Below, in pieces: positions 25,653 to 34,645 of a DNA stretch of 38,183 bases; positions within the stretch are counted from its first letter, which is position 1, and each line of letters starts with the position of its first letter. The notes beneath the pieces are model-generated. The model ran no database searches and was not told the DNA's origin. It worked only from the letters and a program-made list of their open reading frames with translations. The stretch lies in contig CBDETU010000001.1 of assembly GCA_965242965.1 (NCBI GenBank), positions 1 through 38,183 on the forward strand, read 5' to 3'. Made by a program: the position numbers and the translations under genes. This DNA comes from Candidatus Poribacteria bacterium (GTDB taxonomy: Bacteria > Poribacteria > WGA-4E > WGA-3G).

Positions 25653-26588
25653 TCAGGCGATTCCGAACTGCGCTCGCGACATCGAGGCGACTATTACGGC
25701 TCTCTCGAAATCCCGATGAATCGCGCCCGGCATTCGGTGCCTGTCGCAATCCCGTATCGGTTTCCACCGCCCTCCTTTCTTCTGGTCGATCTCGTGGGTG
25801 GCGATGTTTATCCGATACTGCTCGTTGAAACTGTATCGCCAGTCGCCTTTCGCTCGCATCTCGCGCCGTTGTTCCGCCGGTCTGCGCTTGACGGCGCGCT
25901 TTTCAGGCGGCTTGGGATAGAGCTGGAACACGGAGATCTCGTGCGATTTTGATAACCGCTCTAGCATCCCCGCCTCACGCAACTCGGTGATGAGCTCACA
26001 CACCGTCTGCTTGCCAAACCGTGTTAACTTGGATAACGTCTCCATCGTGCAAGGATTCGTCATCCCTGTCTTCCAATCGGAAAAGCGTTTCAGCACCACC
26101 CATAACAGGCAGGCTTTCCAGCTAATCTCGCCGGCGAACATCCGCTCGAACGGGCCGCCGTTCCCGCGCGGCACCGCAAACTTCAGCGGTAAGCCGTCCT
26201 TATCGCGCGGGATATCTGCTTCATCGCACCGATGGTGTGTCAACTCGTAAATGGTGCCTTTCTGTCCGACGTTGACTATCCGCACGAGGGTGTCTTTCAA
26301 TCGAGTGACAGACTGCCGCAGGTATCGCGTAGAGATACCGAGCAGTTCGGCGAACTTCCGGCGCGATGTCCAATGCGTCCGCCCGTTCTGCCAATTGCTC
26401 CGGTAGTTCAGTGTCAATGCGATAACCGCATCGACGGGCTTCAATTCGTGTTCCATCGTCAAGAGTGTCAACGCGCTACCCATGCCGAACGGCACCTGCA
26501 TCGTTGTCTCTTGATACTCAATATGCGGCTTATATGCCACCGATCCAACGGGGCGACCGCGCCGATTCTTCCGCTTTCGACGGTTCAT
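25653..26588 (-). CDS. putative replication initiator with two tandem winged-HTH domains
   Basis: Internal duplication: LTLNYRSNWQNGRTHWTSRRKFAELLGISTRYLRQSVTRL vs VVLKRFSDWKTGMTNPCTMETLSKLTRFGKQTVCELITELREAGML; AAGGGAG RBS before MNRRK; adjacent iteron-like repeats. Confidence 0.7.
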   Translation of the reverse strand: MNRRKRKNRRGRPVGSVAYKPHIEYQETTMQVPFGMGSALTLLTMEHELKPVDAVIALTLNYRSNWQNGRTHWTSRRKFAELLGISTRYLRQSVTRLKDTLVRIVNVGQKGTIYELTHHRCDEADIPRDKDGLPLKFAVPRGNGGPFERMFAGEISWKACLLWVVLKRFSDWKTGMTNPCTMETLSKLTRFGKQTVCELITELREAGMLERLSKSHEISVFQLYPKPPEKRAVKRRPAEQRREMRAKGDWRYSFNEQYRINIATHEIDQKKGGRWKPIRDCDRHRMPGAIHRDFERAVIVASMSRAQFGIA

Positions 26589-26660
26589 TCTAATCTCTCC
26601 CTTCACCGCGAAACTCAATGACCGCGAGGGGTTTTCAGGGCTTCGCAATGAATTTTTAAT

Positions 26661-26689
26661 TTGACTTTTGGGAGGATTTATGGTATACT
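26661..26689 (+). promoter_or_regulatory. sigma70-type promoter, antisense to the rep leader
   Basis: TTGACT-17 bp-TATACT with extended -10 TG. Confidence 0.8.
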
Positions 26690-26695
26690 ATTCTT

Positions 26696-26780
26696 AGTTT
26701 ATGAAGAGTAGGATTGACTACCATTAATCCTCATTGGGCCTCATTGGGATGCGCGCAGTTAACGCTGCGCGTTTCCTTTT
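26696..26780 (+). ncRNA. putative counter-transcribed antisense RNA (~85 nt)
   Basis: Lies between the plus-strand promoter and a terminator; hairpin 1 AGGATTGA-CTACCA-TTAATCCT (26710-26731); hairpin 2 GCGCGCAG-TTAACG-CTGCGCGT followed by TTCCTTTT. Confidence 0.65.
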
Positions 26781-26792
26781 GCAATTGGTATT

Positions 26793-26821
26793 ATTTTACC
26801 TGATTTGCAATAAAAACGCAA
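26793..26821 (-). promoter_or_regulatory. sigma70-type promoter for rep
   Basis: Minus strand TTGCGT-17 bp-TAAAAT, about 200 nt upstream of the rep start. Confidence 0.65.
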
Positions 26822-26843
26822 GTTAAAAAAGCGCGCCGCGGCA

Positions 26844-26942
26844 TGTCTTAATAAAAATATGTCGTCATTTTCGCAAGATCCGCTTAGACTCGGCGTTTGT
26901 CGATATGCCGGCGTATCGGCTGATGTGACGGAGTTTAAGACA
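26844..26942. repeat. TGTCTTAA...TTAAGACA-bounded element, copy 3 (99 bp)
   Basis: Inverted homolog of 3045-3145; preceded by the shared flank CCGCGGCA. Confidence 0.85.
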
Positions 26943-26970
26943 GATTTATACCGGATAAATGATCTGGTAT

Positions 26971-26995
26971 GGCGAGGGACAGGCCCTCGCCCTAC
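26971..26995. repeat. REP-like palindrome with GTAG foot
   Basis: GGCGAGGGACAGGCCCTCGCCCTAC, variant of 3171-3196 in the same orientation. Confidence 0.7.
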
Positions 26996-27088
26996 GATTT
27001 GCGGTTCATTCGCCAGAGCGTCAGCAGATTGCCGAGTATTAGCCCGATGGTCATGCCGTTAAAAAATGATGTCCAATCCATTGATGAC

Positions 27089-28246
27089 CTAATTGGCTGT
27101 CACGGTCACGAGAAAACTCGTCACCGCAGAGCCGGCTTCGTTTGTCGCGACGAGACGGATGTTGCTATTACCAGCATTCACGGCTGTCAACGCGAGAGTG
27201 CTTGTCTCTGTCAACCGAACCGTCACAACCGAGGTCTGCTCACTCTGCACGGTATATGTCAACCGCTCGCCAGTAAAGACGTTGCTATAATCAACACTCT
27301 GCACGACTCCCCGCGCCAGCGAGACATTTTCCAAATGGGCGGCGACGCTCGGCACTTGCAATACCCGAATCCGAATCCCGCGCCCGACTTCGCGGGCCGT
27401 AAAGGTGCGAGTGGTATTCGCCGCGAGCAGTTCATCGGCACCTGCGGCGATCTTGATGAGGCTCGGATTCTGCGCGGCGGCGACGAAAGCGGTTGACGGG
27501 CCGCCCGTTCCCAGCCCGATACGATGGATATAGGACATCTGCGTTGTCATGAGCGGTGCATAAAAACGCGGGGTTGCACCCTGCCGTGTTGTCAAGCGCA
27601 GATTCTTCCGATGACTGACGAAGGTGAACCCGGGCTTTTCGCCGAGGGAGACCTGGGCGGAATCCCGAACGAAGGCGATATCGGCACCCAGGTCCTGCAT
27701 CCGTTTGGCTTCCCATCGGGACATGACATCGATGATCTTCTTGGCGCGTCTATCACAGGCGATGAGCCAGGGGGAGACCACTTCTGAAACCGCAATCTGA
27801 TACACCAAGAAATCAGTGACACCAAAGTTGCTAATCTGCGAATCGACTTGCGCGGGTAGCTGGGAAGACAGGCTCGCATAGCCGAGTTGGACCTCGCGTT
27901 TCAGCATCGCCATGTATCGCAATTCGCGCTGTGCGGTATCGCCGGTGGGGATGGCGATACCGAGGGCGGCGTGCGTTATTGCGTTTGCGTTGGGGTAGTG
28001 GGACAGGATAGCAATCTTCGCCGAAATCATCGGAAAGTAGTCGTCCACGGATTCGCGGACGTAGACAGGCAGGTAGAGTTGCGCGTTGGAGAGATGAATC
28101 GCGCGCGTGGGCGGATACGTATAATCATACGCCGGGTCCTGCGGTGTCGTAATCCAGTCCCAAATATCGAAATGCGGTGTCTGCGCGCCGATGGGGAGTG
28201 CAATTGCAACCCCTGCCAGCATGAGCAGACAGAAAATCCTTTTCAT
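27089..28246 (-). CDS. secreted protein with C-terminal Ig/cadherin-like domain
   Basis: AGGAGG RBS; signal peptide MKRIFCLLMLAGVAIALPIGA; C-terminal VFTGERLTYTVQS..VVTV..LALTAVNAG..IRLVATNEAGSAVTSFLVTV. Confidence 0.75.
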   Translation of the reverse strand: MKRIFCLLMLAGVAIALPIGAQTPHFDIWDWITTPQDPAYDYTYPPTRAIHLSNAQLYLPVYVRESVDDYFPMISAKIAILSHYPNANAITHAALGIAIPTGDTAQRELRYMAMLKREVQLGYASLSSQLPAQVDSQISNFGVTDFLVYQIAVSEVVSPWLIACDRRAKKIIDVMSRWEAKRMQDLGADIAFVRDSAQVSLGEKPGFTFVSHRKNLRLTTRQGATPRFYAPLMTTQMSYIHRIGLGTGGPSTAFVAAAQNPSLIKIAAGADELLAANTTRTFTAREVGRGIRIRVLQVPSVAAHLENVSLARGVVQSVDYSNVFTGERLTYTVQSEQTSVVTVRLTETSTLALTAVNAGNSNIRLVATNEAGSAVTSFLVTVTAN

Positions 28247-28256
28247 GAGAGTCCTC

Positions 28257-31200
28257 CTAATTTGCAGTTTTAGCATAATAAAAACCACTTACATAAATTC
28301 TAACCGCGCCCGCAGCAGCCGTAGGCTTCACAATTGCGAGCGAGAATCTATTTCCACTATTCGTATGACAGACAGCTGTAATATTCGCGGGATTAGTCTC
28401 AGTGGAAAATATCTGACTAACGTGAACATCGCCATTGGCATACGGCAAATTCCAATAGATGAATTCTGAATTCCAAGCCCCCGACCGATTTGCATTCCCT
28501 ATAAAACTAATGAACACCATATCACCGATGCGGAAAACACGCTGCCAACTAATAGTTACCGTCAATCCGCCACTTATCTTCGTCGGTGTCCAGGGAATAT
28601 GAATGATGTTCGGATCATCCGGCGTATTCCGAATCCCCTTCAGTGTTGACGTTGCGAAATTGAGCACGCCTGTGGCGGAGGCCGAGGTTCGCACGAGGAC
28701 AACCTTTCCGGTATTCTTTGCGATGGGGATGACAACGGAGCCGGCGTAATCGAGTGTTGTTGCGACATCGGTGGGCGGATAGGAAGAGGAGCCGAACTTT
28801 GCATCGGTGAGCAGATAATAGCGATTTGTGACGGTAGCTTCATCGTCGCCGGTGGCGATGAAGTAGAGGCTTGCGGTTCCGTTGCGCGAGCCAACGCCGC
28901 TGCCCTCGAACGTCATGGTGTAGTGCGTGTATCCGAGTTGGCTGCTGGAGCCGAGCGATGCGAAATTGACGGCTTTCTCGGTGACGGTTGCATCGTTTTG
29001 TGGTGCGGTAGACTGGAAATTCGTTAAGGTCAGGCTGACGGATGCGACATGATTGATGGGGCTGCCGCCTACCTCGAGGTCATCGAGTTTTTGTGCGATT
29101 TCCTGCACGGTGTCATCAGTGGTAGTCAAGTTTCCGTCAAAGCCGGATGCGTGGACATAAACATTATCGGCGGCGGTGCCCACCTTGATACGTCCTACTG
29201 CTGTGCCATCATAAAAGCCGGTTGACGAGATGCGCGTGAACAGGACAGCGACGTTCGTCACGCCTGGGGGGATCATCCCCCGCAGGTTGACAGATTTCGG
29301 TGCTTGATCTACGGAGATGGCAGAGCCGCCGGTTAACCGAGTGCCGCTTGCGGAATCACGTCGAATCTGCACGTAGACATCCATCGAGCCTGTCTGCCTG
29401 CCCGTGACAGTCGCCATCAATTGCACTTCGAGCGGTCTTGAGGTTGCTTCGTTCAGCAATGCTGTCGGGAGCGTTATGAGTGTTTCGTGTGCGGCGGTGC
29501 CTTGATTCGTAAACGAGATGGAGACCTCGTGCATTTCCTCGAGGTCCAGTGCATCGCGAAACGCCTTTTCTTGCACATCGGTATCGGCGAGCAATTTACT
29601 GGCCGTGAGGGTATCATCGGGGAGTGATACGTTTCGAGTTGTGCCGGTGCCGGAGACGTTAATGGGTGCAGTGCCTGTAATGTTCGTGAGTCCGCTGACA
29701 GGTGCGCTGGTATCTCCGCCGGCGAGATGCACGAGGTCGCGCACCTGTTGGGCGGCGTATGGGGATAACCTGAAGAGATTCACGGGAACATCGACATGGA
29801 TTGTCTTTCCCGGTGAATGCCGGTACTCAAAGCCACCTTGCGTTCCGATGAGGGTCAGGTTATCGAGTAAGATGCGATTTCCCACACTGCCGGCGTTGGA
29901 TTCGGTCGGCGTTCCAAATGAAATGCCGTAGCCTGCTAAGCTGGTGCCACTTGCAGATCTCAGGATAATCGTCCGTCCTGTCCGCAGAATTCCCGTGGGT
30001 TCGATTTGGTTTGTGTAGGTGAGCGCGGCTGCCTGTGTCAGTGTTGGCGCGCCTGTCGTCACTGCCAAACGCATCTGGGGATGCGATGTAACTACCTCGG
30101 GGTCAAAATGATAACCGCCCTTGATTCTGCCTTCCTCGTTAATGACAACCTGTCCCGGCTGGACCCTATCGGCGAATTGCAACTTTGCATCCGTGATGCC
30201 ATCATCCTTGACAAAGACCTTTCCATCAGCAATGGTGATGCTTTCGCCAGCTGTCAATGGCTGTTCGTTTGAAAGCGTGATGCGATATGTCCATGTGCCG
30301 AGTTCGGCTGCTACGGTGCTGTCCTGATTGACGATGTCAATCTGATACGCCCGCACTGCATGGGGGATGTCCTTCGTGATGGTGACAGCCGTGTAATTCG
30401 CGCCCGTATTTTCTGCGATGCCGGTGTAGGTTTGCGTAAAGTAATTGTGTCCCGGTGGCGCATCGTCATCGACATCCAGCTGGATGTCAATTGCCGCGTC
30501 GCCAGCGTTATCCTTTGCGCGCCATTCGCCTCGAAGGATGAGATGCACGTTTGCATCGTAATCTTCTGCATCGTCTAGCACGGTGCTATCGAGCGTAATC
30601 CAATCGGAGCGAGTTTCGCTGGGTGGGATCTCCGTTGTCGGCGCTGCGCGTTGATTCGCTTTGAATGCCAGTGTTCCGTGTTGCGATGCGGCGACGAACG
30701 GTTTATTGGCGATGAAGTTAGGTGATGCCGAGTTATCCTCGTCCCAGTCAGGTGCGGGTGCTATGGGGACTCCGTCAAGATACGCGTAAGGGAATTTGCG
30801 CTGTGCTGTTGTCACCGTAATGTTTGCGGTAGGTGCTGTGATGCGAGCGAAATAACTATATTGTCCCGGTATGCCCGTGTAAGCGTGCCAGGTGTCGGTG
30901 TCGGTTGTCAAATGCGAGAGATCCTTTTCATAACCGCTGCCGATGGCATAGATGCCGACGAGTTCGGGTAGCTTGGATGTCAGCACCCTGACGAGTAGCG
31001 TCTGTCCGGCAGTAATTGTTTCAGACGTATTCCAACCGCCGGGTGGGAATGAGGTGATTTGATTATAGCGGGTGCCGCTGCCCTGGTAGGTAACCAGGTC
31101 TGGCACAGTTACCCATTGGAACGGCTGGAGGGAGGCGGTGTTTGGGAATCCGGTGAGGTCTTTGGGTTTATTTCGGATGAAGTTGAGCGCGGTGGTATCC

Positions 31201-33188
31201 GTCTGATTCCAGTCAGGCTGTGTCACCGAATTGACAGCGTTTGCAGCATTCGGCACCAACGCATTCACACCACCCGGTGGCACCACCCGATAGGCAGATG
31301 TCACACTCACAAGTGAATGCGCCGCCAAATTATCATCGTGCGGCGTAATTGAACCCGTCGCCAAAAAGGGGAACAACGGCGTGGAAAGTCCATCGGCATC
31401 GACATCTGTTCCCTGCACTTCGTAGTAAAAGAAGATGGTTGTCTGATTCGTCAAATCCGCAGTGATGAGAGTCGTTCCCGCTTGTCCGTCAACAGGAATC
31501 GCCTGTTTGGGCGGTCCACTTCCCACATTCAAAAGCAAGCGCGCCGATGGGGAGACATCGACAGGGCCCGTGAATGTCACCTTTGGCCGGATGATGTTGC
31601 CGGTGTTAAAGGGGCCACGGCTCAACAGTTCAATCTTTTCAATTTCAGGTGCAGAGATATCCTGTTTCTCAAAGCTCGGATAGATGAAAATCGTATCATT
31701 CACCGAAGCCTGTCCTGCCTCGATGACATAGAAATAGCCGTCAAGGAAGGTTATGCCCCGTGGCTCACTGTTGTCAGAAGCCAAGTTAAACTCGCGGTCT
31801 GCCACTGTTACGCCGGCAGTTGTCCGCACCAGCACCTTATTATCGGTATCATCGACGACATAGAGATTACCGCCTTGCACCTGAACACCCCGTGGCTGAA
31901 CCGTTGATGCAAAATTTACCCGATTCGACTGCGGTTGGAGAGACGCGTTCAAAGGCATCACTCCATCAAACACACCACCTGTAAAGCGGGCCGTCAACCA
32001 GTAGCCTGTTCCGCCATCCCACGAAATGCCCCGCGCTGCCTCAATTTGTCGAGGGAAGTTCGAGGATTCATAATTACCCGATGAGGAGTAAAGTCCGACT
32101 CCATTATTCGTATCGCGTCCCTGCGTGCCTGCAATCACAACATATTTATCTGTCGTGTCGTTCCACGTGAAACCCGTTGTGCCGAGAGGATTGAAAGCAG
32201 AATCCGTTTCCATGACGATGCCTGCAGCATCATCTACCACCCCGACTTTGTCCCACGAGAACACACGCCCCGTGTTGCTTTGGATAGCCACGATGTCGTC
32301 ATCGCCATTGACACTCAACCCTTCCAGATTCTGATAAACGGTGCTGAACGAAGCCTTCCGCAGCACAATAAACGGGACGCGCAACGTGGAAGAACCATCC
32401 GAGTTCGTGGCGATGATGTCAACGAACTTCACCTCCTCCGTGTCAGGTGTGCCACTGATGATACCATTGACAAGTGCTAGCCCGCTCGGCAAGTCATTTG
32501 GCGCATCACCAATGCTGAACGTAGCAGAACCCAACACCAAGCTATTCAAAGCAAGAGATGAGTAAGCACTGCCCACGCGCAACCACTGCCGCGACACGCG
32601 ATGCCAGTGCGGCGGTTCGGGGATAGAGAGTCCCCATGTCTCGACAAGCTCGCGGAGCTTCGCCTCGAAACCGGGAATCTCGCTGAGTGTTGGCCAGCGC
32701 GAGGCGAAATCGGGAATATCCCGAAGATCTGCCCAAGCCACGGTGAGTCCTGTAATATCCACCGCGGTGATAGGTAACCTGTCATTTCCGGTGAGCGCGG
32801 TTAAAAGCGCGACAAGTTCTGTGCCGGTGAGCGGCGTAGGGGTTGTCGTCGAGCCGAGTGGAATGGTGAGCCATGCATCGGTGGCGCGGATCCGCAGCCG
32901 CAGCCATGCATCGTTGGATTGATGAGTTGCATGCCAGCTTGCACCATCCGAAGACCATTCGGCGAGTAAGCCGAGAGCCTCGACGACGGTTTTGACCGAG
33001 GGGCCGGTGGCAGTTCCGTCATTGGCGGCCATAACCTTGTCCCACCATGTGAGGGCGGCGTTGGCAGTATTTGGGGCGATGGTATTATCCACGCCGAGGA
33101 TAGGTTGCGCGTGAAGATCTTGCTGTTGGGCGGTTGCAACCTGTGCGATGCACAAGCAGATGGCGATGAGAGCGATTAACGATTTCAT
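28257..33188 (-). CDS. giant tail fibre/adhesin-like protein (1643 aa)
   Basis: Fibre-type motifs (QPDWNQTD..FIRNKP, APDWDED..FIANKP, ASGFDGNLTTTDDTVQEIAQKLDDL), putative-Ig LPSGLAL..GIISGTP, beta-propeller-like PRG..LYVVD repeats, N-terminal signal-peptide-like segment; GGAGG RBS. Confidence 0.8.
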   Translation of the reverse strand: MKSLIALIAICLCIAQVATAQQQDLHAQPILGVDNTIAPNTANAALTWWDKVMAANDGTATGPSVKTVVEALGLLAEWSSDGASWHATHQSNDAWLRLRIRATDAWLTIPLGSTTTPTPLTGTELVALLTALTGNDRLPITAVDITGLTVAWADLRDIPDFASRWPTLSEIPGFEAKLRELVETWGLSIPEPPHWHRVSRQWLRVGSAYSSLALNSLVLGSATFSIGDAPNDLPSGLALVNGIISGTPDTEEVKFVDIIATNSDGSSTLRVPFIVLRKASFSTVYQNLEGLSVNGDDDIVAIQSNTGRVFSWDKVGVVDDAAGIVMETDSAFNPLGTTGFTWNDTTDKYVVIAGTQGRDTNNGVGLYSSSGNYESSNFPRQIEAARGISWDGGTGYWLTARFTGGVFDGVMPLNASLQPQSNRVNFASTVQPRGVQVQGGNLYVVDDTDNKVLVRTTAGVTVADREFNLASDNSEPRGITFLDGYFYVIEAGQASVNDTIFIYPSFEKQDISAPEIEKIELLSRGPFNTGNIIRPKVTFTGPVDVSPSARLLLNVGSGPPKQAIPVDGQAGTTLITADLTNQTTIFFYYEVQGTDVDADGLSTPLFPFLATGSITPHDDNLAAHSLVSVTSAYRVVPPGGVNALVPNAANAVNSVTQPDWNQTDTTALNFIRNKPKDLTGFPNTASLQPFQWVTVPDLVTYQGSGTRYNQITSFPPGGWNTSETITAGQTLLVRVLTSKLPELVGIYAIGSGYEKDLSHLTTDTDTWHAYTGIPGQYSYFARITAPTANITVTTAQRKFPYAYLDGVPIAPAPDWDEDNSASPNFIANKPFVAASQHGTLAFKANQRAAPTTEIPPSETRSDWITLDSTVLDDAEDYDANVHLILRGEWRAKDNAGDAAIDIQLDVDDDAPPGHNYFTQTYTGIAENTGANYTAVTITKDIPHAVRAYQIDIVNQDSTVAAELGTWTYRITLSNEQPLTAGESITIADGKVFVKDDGITDAKLQFADRVQPGQVVINEEGRIKGGYHFDPEVVTSHPQMRLAVTTGAPTLTQAAALTYTNQIEPTGILRTGRTIILRSASGTSLAGYGISFGTPTESNAGSVGNRILLDNLTLIGTQGGFEYRHSPGKTIHVDVPVNLFRLSPYAAQQVRDLVHLAGGDTSAPVSGLTNITGTAPINVSGTGTTRNVSLPDDTLTASKLLADTDVQEKAFRDALDLEEMHEVSISFTNQGTAAHETLITLPTALLNEATSRPLEVQLMATVTGRQTGSMDVYVQIRRDSASGTRLTGGSAISVDQAPKSVNLRGMIPPGVTNVAVLFTRISSTGFYDGTAVGRIKVGTAADNVYVHASGFDGNLTTTDDTVQEIAQKLDDLEVGGSPINHVASVSLTLTNFQSTAPQNDATVTEKAVNFASLGSSSQLGYTHYTMTFEGSGVGSRNGTASLYFIATGDDEATVTNRYYLLTDAKFGSSSYPPTDVATTLDYAGSVVIPIAKNTGKVVLVRTSASATGVLNFATSTLKGIRNTPDDPNIIHIPWTPTKISGGLTVTISWQRVFRIGDMVFISFIGNANRSGAWNSEFIYWNLPYANGDVHVSQIFSTETNPANITAVCHTNSGNRFSLAIVKPTAAAGAVRIYVSGFYYAKTAN

Positions 33189-33200
33189 GATTTCCTCCGT

Positions 33201-34406
33201 TTATTCAAACACGACACGATACTGTCCTGTTCTGCCGAGTAGGGGCTGACGAACGTATCGGGTGATGTTATTGATAGTGACTTGCTGCCAGTCGTCGATA
33301 GTTTCCTGTGCGCCGCTGAGTGCGACGTTCAGAATGTGTGCTACGGTTTTACCTGCTGGCACGTTAAAATAGTGTTTCGGTGCTGCGGGCGTTGTGGTGG
33401 GGAAGTTCCAGACTGTGCCCAACGTGCCACTATTGGCAGTTCCGACGGGCATATTACTGGCATCGGCGATGCCGTAGTCGGTTGTTTCGGCGGGCGGTTG
33501 CGGGTGATGAATAACAAAAGGCGGCGTGTATCGTGCGTCATCCTGCGTTGGGTCTGCGTTATTTCCGCCTAATATCCCGAGGTCTTGTCTTCCGAGCGTA
33601 TCGCCAGTCTGGTAGGGGTGATGCCATGTCGTTCCGCCGTCGCTGCTGAATTCCCAGCGCGGGCTGTTTTGTTCGGACATCAAGGTGCCGTATAATCGCC
33701 AGACGGTGAGTTCGGGGCTAGTCTCGACGGTATGTTGCGCGCCGTTCCCATCGGTATACGTCATGTTCCGCATAACGCGCGCGAGGGTGCCGCGGCGCAG
33801 TTGCGTTGTTTCGGAAGTATCGCCGTTTTGAATAAGCGCGCCATGGACATCTCGCACCTGTCCGAAATTCTGATAATATGCAATGCCGCGGTTTATGGGG
33901 TGCGCGGCACCTGCGTGGTGGTTATTGAAAACTATCCAGAAGATATTCGCGGAGCCGTGTTCGAGGTAGGACCAGTACACCTCTTCTGAATCCGGGCGCG
34001 AGTATACGAAATATACCTGCGGTGGCGATGTTATCCGCTGCCAGTCTTCCGCGAGCACCCCAGCGTGATAATAGAGTTGATAGAGATAAGACGTTCGGAG
34101 AGCGTCATCGGGGCCGTGCGTGCGGGATGCCTGATAGAGATAGAGTTGTGCGACTCCATCGCGTTTATCCGCATCGTTCGGTGCGGTGGTGCCGGTGCGG
34201 AAAAGTGCTGTCGGTTCAGTGCCGAGTGTGCCTTGGACGAACGAGAGTAGGCGCGCGATGGAGACGCGTTCCACGTCGATTTGACCGGGGGTGACGCGCC
34301 CGGCGGGGATGAAGAGTTCGCCAGTGTCGATGTCGAGTTGGCTGTCAGGCACTTGGCTAATGTCTTCAAAATCGTAATGTTCTATAATTCCGTTTCCGTT
34401 CGGCAT
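33201..34406 (-). CDS. tail fibre-associated protein
   Basis: Between nozzle and giant fibre; TGTTAP motif; WEFSSDGGTTWH resembles WSSDGASWH in the giant fibre. Confidence 0.6.
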   Translation of the reverse strand: MPNGNGIIEHYDFEDISQVPDSQLDIDTGELFIPAGRVTPGQIDVERVSIARLLSFVQGTLGTEPTALFRTGTTAPNDADKRDGVAQLYLYQASRTHGPDDALRTSYLYQLYYHAGVLAEDWQRITSPPQVYFVYSRPDSEEVYWSYLEHGSANIFWIVFNNHHAGAAHPINRGIAYYQNFGQVRDVHGALIQNGDTSETTQLRRGTLARVMRNMTYTDGNGAQHTVETSPELTVWRLYGTLMSEQNSPRWEFSSDGGTTWHHPYQTGDTLGRQDLGILGGNNADPTQDDARYTPPFVIHHPQPPAETTDYGIADASNMPVGTANSGTLGTVWNFPTTTPAAPKHYFNVPAGKTVAHILNVALSGAQETIDDWQQVTINNITRYVRQPLLGRTGQYRVVFE

Positions 34407-34409
34407 TTC

Positions 34410-34640
34410 TTATTCGTCCTCGAGGGCCTTAACACGCGCCGTTAGGAGCTGGAGCGCGTTTGAAAGGTTCGTGTCGATGTTCTGCCACTGTCCTTCTAAG
34501 CGGATGTGCAAGGTGCCGTGCATCAGCACCATGTCGCCTTCGTTTGCAATGTCCGGTAAGGTTTCTACCGGCTTGATGGTGTTCCCTTTTCGGTTATCGA
34601 TGCGAGCGAGATTGGCGGTGACACTCGGGTCTCTTTTCAT
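34410..34640 (-). CDS. small tail-associated protein
   Basis: 76 aa after the nozzle; EGDMV..LHIR..GQW plus C-terminal coiled coil LTARVKALE. Confidence 0.55.
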   Translation of the reverse strand: MKRDPSVTANLARIDNRKGNTIKPVETLPDIANEGDMVLMHGTLHIRLEGQWQNIDTNLSNALQLLTARVKALEDE

Positions 34641-34645
34641 GATGA

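Noticed and set aside
28257-33188. Diversity-generating retroelement target or invertible fibre cassette
   Set aside because: No reverse transcriptase, template repeat, invertase or alternative tip cassettes seen.
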